A stretch of DNA of 61,522 nt, counting the filler. It is 8 parts of 8 records of this genome, joined end to end, with 100 filler letters (N's around TTAATTAATTAA, not from the genome) between each part and the next. Parts side by side here need not be neighbours in the genome. Positions count along the whole stretch, not along the records: positions 51,146 to 61,522 come from SRR31147125_54711; 7 more parts are not named here. One strand, given 5' to 3'. Shown piece by piece: positions 52,155-61,522 of this stretch; the first letter of the stretch is position 1; the number at the start of each line of letters is the position of its first letter. The notes beneath the pieces are model-generated. The model ran no database searches. It was not told the DNA's origin and saw only the letters and a program-made list of their open reading frames with translations. The position numbers were made by a program, and so were the translations under genes.

Positions 52155-53347
52155 ATGAAAGAGAACAATAGAATTATAGTTGTAGCAGCTTTGGCAGTCT
52201 GGTTTATTATCGGTGGTTGTGCATACGCAGACGGATTATTCGGGACACTCGGCAAGGCCCTTGATTCAACCATCCAGGGGGTTGGGGAAATTGTCTCAGA
52301 ACCGTTCAAAGAGGAAAAAGAGCCGACCAAGGCCACTGCAAAAAAGCAGAAGTCAGCCCCCCCAAAAAAGACAATAAAACGATATTCCCTCACCATAGAT
52401 TCTGATCCGGGCGATGCAAAAATCAGGATATTGAATATCGGTCCCAAATATAAGGATGGTATTTTACTGAAAAAGGGAAAGTATCATGTTGAAATCCAGC
52501 AAAAGGGCTATAAAACATATCGGCAATGGATTGCGCTGGCCGAGAATACAACCTTAAACATTAAGCTGGAAAAACGGATAGACAATACGCAAAAATACAT
52601 ACGGTTTATCCGGGAAACAGAATATGCCATTCCGGCCCTTCCCATTGACGCCTTGAAAACCGACGAATTCAGGCGGTTTATCATTGGCAGTCTTTTTTCT
52701 TCCAAAACCCTGATCAAGGCCCGGCTGGAAAAAATGGATTCGGATTTTAAAAGAAAAAATTCGAAAATAATTTCGACAAAAGACGGGCGTTAAAAGCGCT
52801 TGAAAAACAAAAGGAAGACTTAATTCAGAAAACTGCCCAGAAATATGAAAAGAAAATAAATACGCCTGTCTTTTATGCGGATTTTTATACGCCCGTACAC
52901 GATAAAGATGAGACCATCGGGTTCAGGCACATGGAGGTGGTTGACTGGAACGGCAAACGGCATCTATTCAATCTGAATACAATGTACAGGGGGAACGATC
53001 TGGCACTTCTTCACAAAGGAAACAGAGGATTCCTGAGCGTATATGCGAATAATGCAAGCCCTAAAAGCTATCTCAGACTCACCATGGATGAAAAGGAAAA
53101 ATTCTATCTTGGCGCTCCCAAATATTCAGGCCCCAATAAAAAGCAGTCAAAAAACCGGGAGGCCAAAGGCCGTATGTTTTATTCCATCTCCGACAAAACC
53201 AACAGCTACATAAAACTGCATCCTGAATTTTTCGAACTCGGGCCCTACAAGGGCAGATATAAAAACTTTAAGCCATGGCATAGAAAAGACAGGGACTACA
53301 GCGACAGGGAATCATACAGCCTGATATCAGAAGAAAACAAAAATTAG
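52155..53347 (+). CDS. secreted PEGA-domain protein, frameshift in A-run near 52757
   Basis: signal peptide; LTIDSDPGDAKIRILNIGPKYKDGILLKKGKYHVEI; adding one A joins the 52931 ORF. Confidence 0.7.
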
Positions 53348-53367
53348 AGCAGTACCATATAAGGAGA

Positions 53368-54896
53368 GTGGTCTTGAAAAACATATGTAGAACCGCACTG
53401 GTGGGTATTCTTTTATTGTCATTGTCGCTCCCCCAGCCGTCCTTTGCAGGCTTCTGGAGCACGTTTTTCGGCGGGGTTGCCGCCGATTCCATATCCGGGG
53501 GCAAGTCCAGCGGCCCCAAGACAGACCCCCTGATAAAAGAAAAACAAGTCCAGGGCGCCCTGGCCATGATGGGCTATTATAAAGCCGCGGCAAACGGAGA
53601 CCTCAACAGCCTGGATTCCCGCATTGCCATCAAAGCCTTTCAGCGGGAGGCCGGCGGCGAAGCCAACGGGATACTCCAGGAAACCCAATTCAAACAATTA
53701 TTGTATTTAAGCAATTTATATGTGGCGCTGAAGACAGACATTTCCCGGGACCGGAAACTCCTCATCTTTGATGAAATCGACGAAACCATAGACTCCATGA
53801 AAAAAAAGACAATGATCGGCAAGGTAAAACGTTTTGTGGATCGCAGGCAGGTGGTCAGAATCATGAGTGATATTGAGGATGCCGATGTTTATGTCAATGG
53901 GGTGAAATCCGGAAAAATCATGCTGGGCTATAATACCCAGCGGTTAAAGCCGGAAAGCTATGAAATAAAAGTGGAAAAGCTGACCCGTGACGGGGAATGG
54001 CGATACGAGGGAATCAAAACCATTGTTGTCAAAAAAAATCAGACCACCATTGCGGATATCCCGACTCTGAAAAATGAAACCCCAAAAGGCTTAACCGGAC
54101 AGCAAAGGAAAAAAAACTGGCCAAAAATGCCCAAGAGATGGAATTAAAAACACTGGCCAAATTAGGTTTTGAATTCCGTGTCAACGGGGACGGGACCGTA
54201 ACGGATATGGATTCGGGCCTGGTCTGGATGCGCTGTTCCCTGGGGCAAAAATGGAACGGATATACTTGTGTACCGGATAAGGACTACAAGGGAGTGGATG
54301 ATGAAATGGAACGCTTGAACCGCCTGGCCCGGGAAAAGGGGCAGACCCAATGGCGGCTCCCCACCCAGGATGAACTCAGCTCCATCGTATATTGCAGTTC
54401 AGGCAAGCCGGACTACCGCATATCCCCAAAACAGTCCTGTTCCGGGGATTATGCCTCCCCCACCATTCCCCAGGCACTTTTCCCCAATACACCCAAAGAA
54501 TATTACTGGACCAGCACAAAATCCCGGATCTTCGGCAGGGTATATGTCGATTTCGTCCATTTTGGAAAAGGGTTTTATAACAGTGAATCCCGGGCTCCCG
54601 ACGATAGTCAGGTCCGATTGGTCCGACTGGACCATAAACTTCAGAAAACCCGAGATGAAAAGAAAAAAATAGCAAGCATCAGGAAGGCCCAGAGAAAAAA
54701 AATAATAAGCGAAGAAAAAGCGGACTCAATGGCGGATTCATTTTCCTCCCCGGAGGAACTATATGATGCCGGCATGAAACATTTTTACGGAAAGGGTGTG
54801 AAAAAGAACCGGGTGCTGGCAGTATCCCTGTTGAAAAAAGCAGCAGACCAAGGGCATCAAAAGGCTGCGGCCTTTATAAAGAAAAAGAATCTATAA
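53368..54896 (+). CDS. secreted protein: peptidoglycan-binding + PEGA + DUF1566 (Lcl-C) + Sel1 repeat, frameshift near 54085
   Basis: VQGALAMMGYY..AIKAFQ; DADVYVNG; GDGTVTD..SGLVWMRC, WRLPT..EL, YWTST; GKGVKKN..KAADQG. Confidence 0.75.
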
Positions 54897-54899
54897 GGT

Positions 54900-54935
54900 A
54901 ACGGTGCGCCCCCCATCCGGGAGGGCGCACCCGTT
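54900..54935. terminator. GC-rich hairpin between convergent genes
   Basis: AACGGTGCGCCC ... GGGCGCACCCGTT. Confidence 0.6.
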
Positions 54936-54943
54936 AAAAACGT

Positions 54944-56331
54944 CTAGGAAAAATCCTTGGTAATGGTGAAAAAGATGCGGTCATTATCGTGGATCCGGTC
55001 AAAGAGGCGGCTGTCGCCGTTGTGGTAGACCACGGCCCCGATCTTAAAAAACAGGGTGTCCGACCACTCATATTCCAGTTCCAGGCGCTGGAAGCTGCCC
55101 AGATCCCCTGTGGCCCCCATGAAACCGGCCACCATGGTGAGATTGAGAGTTTCGTTCATGAAGTCCCTGTCAAGGCGAAAGGCCGATTCCAGATGGTTTT
55201 TCTCCATCCGTTCCAGGCCCGGGATCTCTTCCAGGTCAAAGATATGGCGGTTCACCACCTCCAGGGTCAGGGTGGTATCGGTAAACCCTGAGTATTCCAT
55301 GCCCAAAAGAGTGTCCAGTCCCCGGTATTCCCGGTCCCCTGCCCGGGAAAACCGCAGGCCGTCCATATAGGCCACTTCGGACTTGATCAGGAAATTACCC
55401 AGGGATTTGGTCAGGGTGGCCCCGGCCATGGTGATTTTGGGGTATTCCAGCCGGGGACCCGAACTGCAGTCCATCCGGGCAACGGCTTTGTCGTCATGGG
55501 TCCGGGCCAGGTAAAGGCCGGCATCCCACCCCGTAAACCGGCCCGTAAGGGCCCCGGCAAACCTGGGGTCGTCCCAGTCGTCATCAATGGGGTCTGTGGG
55601 CGGCAGGGGGTGTCCGAGGGATAAAAATCAGAGCCCCAGGCAGGGGTTTTGGGCATCCGGTCGCCGTGGATCATCACCAGGGTCAGGTTCCAGGGGCCGG
55701 AATAAAAGTCCACCCTGGACATTTCCTGGCCCAGGCGGAGATCCTCAATATCGGTCATGCCCATATTGCGCTGGTCCGTGGGATTGATCAGGTCCACCAG
55801 CCGGAAGACCTCGGAGGTGCCCCAGGCCACAATCTGCCGCCCCAGCCGGATGTCCATCCATGGGAAAAGGCTTTTTTCCACCCAGAGTTCATTGACCTCC
55901 CACTGGGCCTCCAGATCTGAAGACTCGGCATCGGTAAAATGGCTGCCCAGGCCCGGGGCCAGGTCATGGGAGGCCAGGCCCCGGCCGAAAGCCCGCCAGC
56001 CTGCGCCCAGGTCAGCCCTTGCCATCAGTTCCAGTTCCGGGGCCAGCTGGGCCAAAACATCCCTGGATTTGGGCCGGGTCCGGATCATGGTATTCAGAAT
56101 CACAGAGCCGTACAGGTCCACCCGCTTTTTTTCAGGTGCCGGAGGCGGCGGGGTCAGCGCCGCCTCCCCTGCACGCTCTGATTCCGGCCCGTCAAAGGCC
56201 TCCATGAGCAGGTCCAGATCCCCGTCCCCGGCCCGGACAGGGGCCGGGACAAGGCTCAGTGCCAGGACCATGAAAAGGACCAGGCCAGCCGTCCATGGGG
56301 CGAACCTGGCCCTGCCGTCCCGGTTTGTCAT
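54944..56331 (-). CDS. outer-membrane beta-barrel protein (DUF1302-like), frameshifted between about 55480 and 55600
   Basis: signal peptide, IRLGRQIVAWG..DLINP, C-terminal aromatic strand; split over two ORFs. Confidence 0.7.
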
Positions 56332-59300
56332 CAGTTCACCCCCTTTTCCAATTTCCGGGTGGTGAACATATTGTCTGAAAGGTTCTGGTTATAGACCACA
56401 TTGGCATAGGTCATAATGGTCTTGTGTAAAAACTTTTTCCCTTTTTTGGTGGTGACATGGATTTCCAGGGGGGTCCAGATCCCGTCTATTTCCTTTAGCC
56501 TGGGGATATCCAGGTATTTAAGCTTATTGCCTTCCTGGACGAAATGGATGGCCCGGACCACGATATGGCAGTCCTTGCGGACAAAAAGAATGGACCGGGT
56601 ATAGCCGAAATCCTTTATCACCTTGGGGGTCCGGGGAATGGAATTGATAATCCAGCAGTCATGGCCCCGGACCTTATCCTCCTTGAGGATGGAAAAATCA
56701 TAGAGTTCCAGTTCCCGGTCCGTCATATCGGCATAGGAAAAGTCCGAGCCCATGAAGCTGGCGGTCTTATCGTCCGAGGCAATGCGCTTGACCTTATGGA
56801 GGGCGGGAAGATAGAGCCACTGGTCATCATCCGTGGTCTTGTCGATATCATAGGAAAGAAACCCGGTATCCCGGACATCCACAGGGGAGAGGAAAAACAT
56901 GGCGGACCAGGTATTTTCCCCCTCATCCTTGGAAAAGCTCTTCATCTGCCGGACCCTGCGGTTCTGGTTCTTGTCCACCAGAACCATGGTGACGTCCGAA
57001 GTTCTGTCATCCCCGTCATACCGCTGGTCCACGGCCTCCATAATGGTTCTGGCCGCTGTTTCGTCTTTGGCACCTGCCTTTGCCTCGGCCGGGGTGGCGG
57101 CCAGACCAGAGACCAGGGCCAGCCCCAGAAAAATGGCCGGCAGCCCCACTTCAGCCACCCTGGATCCTGTTTTCACCTGTTTTGTCCTGTACACCAGGGT
57201 GACCAGGGCCGGTGCCAGAAAAAAGTCCGCAGCCAGGGCCAGGATAATGGCAAACCCGGTGAGGAGGCCGAAATGGGTCAGATGGTTCATCTCGGAAAAA
57301 AGATAGATAAAAAAACCCATGCTCAGCACCACTGTGGTCACCACCATGGGCCGGCCCACTGTGACCAGGGTCCGGGTCACCGCCTTGGAGACATCTTGGG
57401 TTTCCCCCAGGTATTTTTTAAAATTGTGCATAAAATGAATGGTGTCGTCCACAGCCAGTCCCATGGCGATATTTCCCACCAACATGATAAAAAGGCTCAC
57501 AGGCAGGCCAAGCCAGCCGGCAAGTCCTAAAATGATAATAATGGGCATGAGGTTGGGAAGCATGGCCAGAATCCCCATGCGCAGATTGCCCAGAAGAATG
57601 ATCATCATCAGGGTAATGGTGGCAAAGGCCAGAATATAGCTTTGGCCCATGCTGTGAATCCCTGCGGCAATGACCTGGGAATAGATGATGACCATACCCG
57701 TTGTTGTGACGGACACCCCTGGCAGTTCAGCTTCAAGTATCTCATTGACCCGGTCAATATACCGGGTATAGGAAATGGCATCGATAAAGGGGACTTTCAC
57801 GGAAACCCTGGCCTTGGAGAGCTGGGCGTCGGTAAAATCCTCAAGGTCGTCTGAACCTGAACCTTCAAAGAGAAACAATTCCTGGGCTGTCAGGTCCCGG
57901 TTGTCAGGCAGGGCGTAAAATTGAGGATCATTATTATGCAGGGCCTTGTGGGTCTCCCTGAGGATTTCAAGAATGGACCAGACCTTGCCCGTACTCACCA
58001 CATCCGTTTCAATGGCGGCGATCTTATGGGAGGCTTCCTCAATCTGTCTTAAAAAATCGGGGTCATAGAGGCCGTTTTCCCTGCCTGTATCAATAATGAC
58101 CTCCATATTCACCGTGCCCTTGAGGAGGCGGTCAATACGCTCGCTGTCCAGGCGGATCTCCTCGGTGTCCGGCAGCCATCTTAACACATCATGGCTGAAG
58201 TTGAGCCGGGGGATCCCCAGACAGGCCCCAGAAGAAGCAGGGAGGAGACCCCCAAAATCAGCCCCGGATAGGTGGTGGAAATCCGGGCGATGCCGGCCAG
58301 GAAACTGTCCATGGCTTTGTGGGACCGCACCTTGTCTGTCTTGGGGATCTTTGCAAAGGAAAGGATAGGAGGAAGGAGAAGAAAGGTATAGATCATGGCA
58401 AAAAAGACTCCCGCACCGGCAAAGATGCCGAGCTCTGCCGTGGGAGCGACTTCGGAGCCTGAAAAGGAAAAGAGCCCGGCCGCAGTGGTCATGGCGGTGA
58501 GCACAACGGCAACTCCGGAATGGCCCATGGCATAGGCAATGGCCTCCTGCCGTGTCTTGCCCTCTTTCAGGCGGTTGTAAAAGAGGGCCAGGATATGGAC
58601 AGAGTAGCCCACGCCAACGGCCAGGATAAAAGAAGGCATGATCTGTGTGGGCAGCTTAAAACTGACACCGGTCAGGGCCATGAGAGAGAGGGCGGAAACC
58701 AAAGAGAGGGTGACAATGAGGACAGGAGCCAAGACCCCAGTAATCCTGCGGAACATGAGGGCGAGAAAGACCATCACCCCAAAATAGGCCAGTTTCATGA
58801 ACCGTGCCGTATCCACCTGGAGAATCTCTTTTAAAAAATGATTGACACAGGCCGTGCCTGAAAGGGAAATCTTAAAATCCTTGTCCCTGTGCGCGTCCAC
58901 AATGGAAGAGACCATTTCCACTGCCTGGGCATTCTGCTCCACGGTCAGCCATTTGCGCTGGGCCCCATGGGTCCTGGTGGATGCCGGGGCCTGATCCTCA
59001 AACCCTGCCATCAAGGCGGTATCATCCATCTCGGTGCTGGCCATAAGCTCAATGACAATGCTGGTGGTTTTCCCGTCCTTGGAAATGACCAGGTCCCTAT
59101 ACAGAGGGTTGGAAAAAACCAGTTCCCGGATTTGGTTCACCTCTTCCTGGGTCCCGGGAAAAGGATCGCAAAGGTCCCTGACATAGAGGGTATCGTTTTT
59201 GCCAAAGGTATTCCTGACATTGACCAGACTGGTAATGTCGTCCAGATAGGGGACCTTTGACTCAAGCTCCCGGTGAAGCCGGCCCAGGGTATTAAAAAAA

Positions 59301-59569
59301 TCCAGGGTAAAAACCCTGTCTGACTCCACGGCAATAATGATCAAGTCGTCATTGCCGAACTGCTCTTTAAATGCCTCATAGGAGACAAGGGAGGGATCCT
59401 CTTTGTGGAGGAACCCTTCCGTGGTCACATCCATGGTGAGCTTGCCCAGATTGGATGCCAGGGCGACAAACAGCACCAGCACCAGGGCCAGGGTTTTAAA
59501 CCTGTGAACAAACAGGGTGCGGGCCAGTTTTTCAAAGATCTGCTCTCCCTGTTCTCTGAATGATTTCAT
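56331..59569 (-). CDS. MMPL/RND-family transporter with in-frame C-terminal LolA-like lipoprotein-sorting domain; frameshift near 58235
   Basis: two TM bundles (GVGYSVH, GLAVDDTIH); C-terminal DDQWLYLPALHKVKRIAS and SFMGSDFSYAD. Confidence 0.85.
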
Positions 59570-59585
59570 GGTAAACTCCTTTTGC

Positions 59586-59752
59586 GTTTAGATGCTAAAC
59601 CTTATGGGCAAAAAAATCAGAGCCCACAGGCTCAGCCGGACAAGATATTTAGGTACAAATCAACAATTCACACATCTACAAAATCCGGGCTGGCACACCA
59701 TAGTGTTTAGCCCCTAAACGGAGAAGGTATAGCAACTATACATACCTGTCAA
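59586..59752 (-). promoter_or_regulatory. sigma-70 promoter and three GTWTAG-N3-CTAWAC operators
   Basis: TTGACA(59752)-N17-TACCTT; palindromes at 59586, 59705 and 59727. Confidence 0.7.
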
Positions 59753-59800
59753 GAAAAAACATTCCTGGATTGAAAATATTGATTAGCCCGGATAGGAGAA

Positions 59801-60298
59801 TCAGGCTGAAGGGGGCGGGGATTCTACCTTTTCGTTAAGTACCTTGTCACAGAACCGGTCCACGGCCTGGAAAAGGGATTTGAGAAAGGCCATCTTTTCC
59901 TCATCAGCCTGGCTGAGAATATCTATCATTTCTGGAAGAATCCGGGCATGAAATTCCTCATGTGCCTGATACGCGATCTGGCCGGTGTCTGACAATTTTA
60001 AAAGGACGTCCCTGTCACTGAGTTCATCCCGCATCCGGATGATCATATTCTTATCAGCCAGCTTGCGCAGATTCTGGGAGACAGCCCCCTTGGTCACCCC
60101 CTGGTGTTCCGCCAGCCCGGTCACATTGATCCCGGGGTTCCGGCCGATGGCTTCAATGGTGTGGATTTCAGAAGGGTAAAGCAGGTAGGGCGTACCGAAA
60201 TACCTGGGGGTCTGTTCGATGCGTTTCAGCTTGTTGAGCACCTTATGAAAAAAGGTGTCAACAACGGCAAATTTTTCTTCAAAAAGCGGGTCTTTCAT
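59801..60298 (-). CDS. MarR family transcriptional regulator
   Basis: LYPSEIHTIEAIG, VTGLA..GVTKGAVSQ, DRDVLLKLS..G. Confidence 0.9.
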   Translation of the reverse strand: MKDPLFEEKFAVVDTFFHKVLNKLKRIEQTPRYFGTPYLLYPSEIHTIEAIGRNPGINVTGLAEHQGVTKGAVSQNLRKLADKNMIIRMRDELSDRDVLLKLSDTGQIAYQAHEEFHARILPEMIDILSQADEEKMAFLKSLFQAVDRFCDKVLNEKVESPPPSA

Positions 60299-61522
60299 GG
60301 GCCAAGACTATGCCATGGCAAAAACAAAGTCAATACCCTGGACCACCATGCCGGCGGCCCGGGGCAAATTGGCATCATGGCTCCCCTTGGCAAGACCTCC
60401 GAATTCCTAATTGACCCTGTCCGGATGGGGGCCAGTTTTTTCAGGCCCAGGACATCGCCCACGGCCCGGTATAAATCCGTTGGCAGTACCGGCTTGTACA
60501 ATAGTTTTTCAATGCCCATGGCCATGGCCTCGGATTTTGACAGACTATTGTGAAACCCGGTACAAAGGATAACGGGCACGGTGCTGCGCATGGCCATAAT
60601 CTCCTCCGCCAGCCGGATACCGGTCATCTTGGGCATGGTCATATCGGTGATGACCAGGTCAAATGCCTTGGGATCTGCCTTAAAAAGGGCCAGGGCCCCC
60701 AGGGGGTCCGACATTACCGCCACCTCATATCCCCTGTTTTCCAGAAGGGCCTTCATTGCCCTGAGGATACCGGGTTCATCATCCACCACCAGGAGGCGCC
60801 CCTGCCCCCTGGCATCATCGCCCACCTCCTCATGGACCACATCGGCCTCGTCTTCCCGACCGTCTGCCGGCCAGAATATTTCAAACCGGGTGCCTCTGTT
60901 GACCCTGCTATCCACCCGGATAAACCCCTGATGCTGCTCAATAATCCCGACGACCACGGAAAGCCCCAGGCCCGTGCCCTTACCCGGCTTTTTTGTGGTG
61001 AAATACGGATCGAAAATCTTGGTCAGGGTCGATGCATCCATGCCGTGTCCCGTATCCCTTATCTCCAGCCTGACATAGGGGCCGGGCATCCCCTCCCCGG
61101 CAGCCAGATCCGCATTTGAAAGCGTGAGATCCTCCAGCACCACAAAAAGGGTGCCGCCGGTTTGTCTCATGGCATGGTAGGCATTGGTACACAGGTTCAT
61201 CATGACCTGGTGAACCTGGGTGGCATCGGCCCGGACCATTGCCTGGGAACGGATCTCGGAATGGATCTCAATGGATGAAGGGATGGAGGACCGCAAAAAT
61301 TTGATCGCCTCTTTGACCACACTGCCCAGCTGAAACCGGATGATCCTGGATTCGGTCTGCCTGCTGAAGGTCAGAATCTGGTGAACCAGCTGGGAGGCCC
61401 GCTTGGCCCCTTTGATGACCTGATCGATGTGGGGAATCACCTTTAGGGGATCGTTCACATTGATCAGGGCCAGCTGGGCATAGCTGAGGATGGCGGACAG
61501 GATATTGTTGAAATCATGGGCA
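60295..61522 (-). CDS. hybrid sensor histidine kinase/response regulator (5' truncated; 3' end uncertain)
   Basis: AHDFNNIL H-box, NLCTNA, DTGHG, GTGLGL, receiver VDDE/TDMTMP/KP. Confidence 0.92.
   Translation of the reverse strand, partial: AHDFNNILSAILSYAQLALINVNDPLKVIPHIDQVIKGAKRASQLVHQILTFSRQTESRIIRFQLGSVVKEAIKFLRSSIPSSIEIHSEIRSQAMVRADATQVHQVMMNLCTNAYHAMRQTGGTLFVVLEDLTLSNADLAAGEGMPGPYVRLEIRDTGHGMDASTLTKIFDPYFTTKKPGKGTGLGLSVVVGIIEQHQGFIRVDSRVNRGTRFEIFWPADGREDEADVVHEEVGDDARGQGRLLVVDDEPGILRAMKALLENRGYEVAVMSDPLGALALFKADPKAFDLVITDMTMPKMTGIRLAEEIMAMRSTVPVILCTGFHNSLSKSEAMAMGIEKLLYKPVLPTDLYRAVGDVLGLKKLAPIRTGSIRNSEVLPRGAMMPICPGPPAWWSRVLTLFLPWHSLGP

Overview
The window is not one locus. It is eight unrelated contigs joined by seven artificial 100-nt spacers (N44-TTAATTAATTAA-N44), so gene neighbourhoods are only valid within a contig. 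Taxonomic labels are inferred from gene content and composition. (1) 1-6692: AT-rich, phage/plasmid-like run of co-oriented hypothetical genes with a short tyrosine recombinase. (2) 6793-13114: Clostridia-like; tandem uracil-DNA glycosylases, cdaA-cdaR, FAD oxidoreductase, P-loop protein, cysteine synthase. (3) 13215-22138: 2-oxoacid:ferredoxin oxidoreductase, acyltransferase, GT2, TPR protein, pdxB. (4) 22239-28022: two very large tandem flagellins behind a GGA-hairpin-rich leader. (5) 28123-33320: Bacteroidota; mfd, BlaI/M56-TonB pair with a visible operator. (6) 33421-39273: SAM methyltransferase in frame with bshC, followed by probable bshB1, plus HAD, PaaI, BtrH-like and radical SAM genes. 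(7) 39374-51045: Bacteroidota; EVE-McrB, REP-like element, sqr with a small partner ORF, an uncharacterised three-gene operon, M20 amidohydrolase and an eanB-eanA(egtD) pair. (8) 51146-61522: Desulfobacteraceae-like; PEGA/DUF1566 genes, a MarR-associated MMPL/LolA-like/outer-membrane module and a hybrid kinase. Many genes carry single-base frameshifts, mostly in homopolymers, which look like consensus errors. Best leads: the methyltransferase-BshC fusion (possible N-methyl-bacillithiol), EanAB near SQR, the lectin-motif/CxxC/Cys-Cys operon, and the CsrB-like flagellin leader. No rRNA, tRNA or CRISPR array was seen. All family assignments come from motif recognition by eye, not from database searches.
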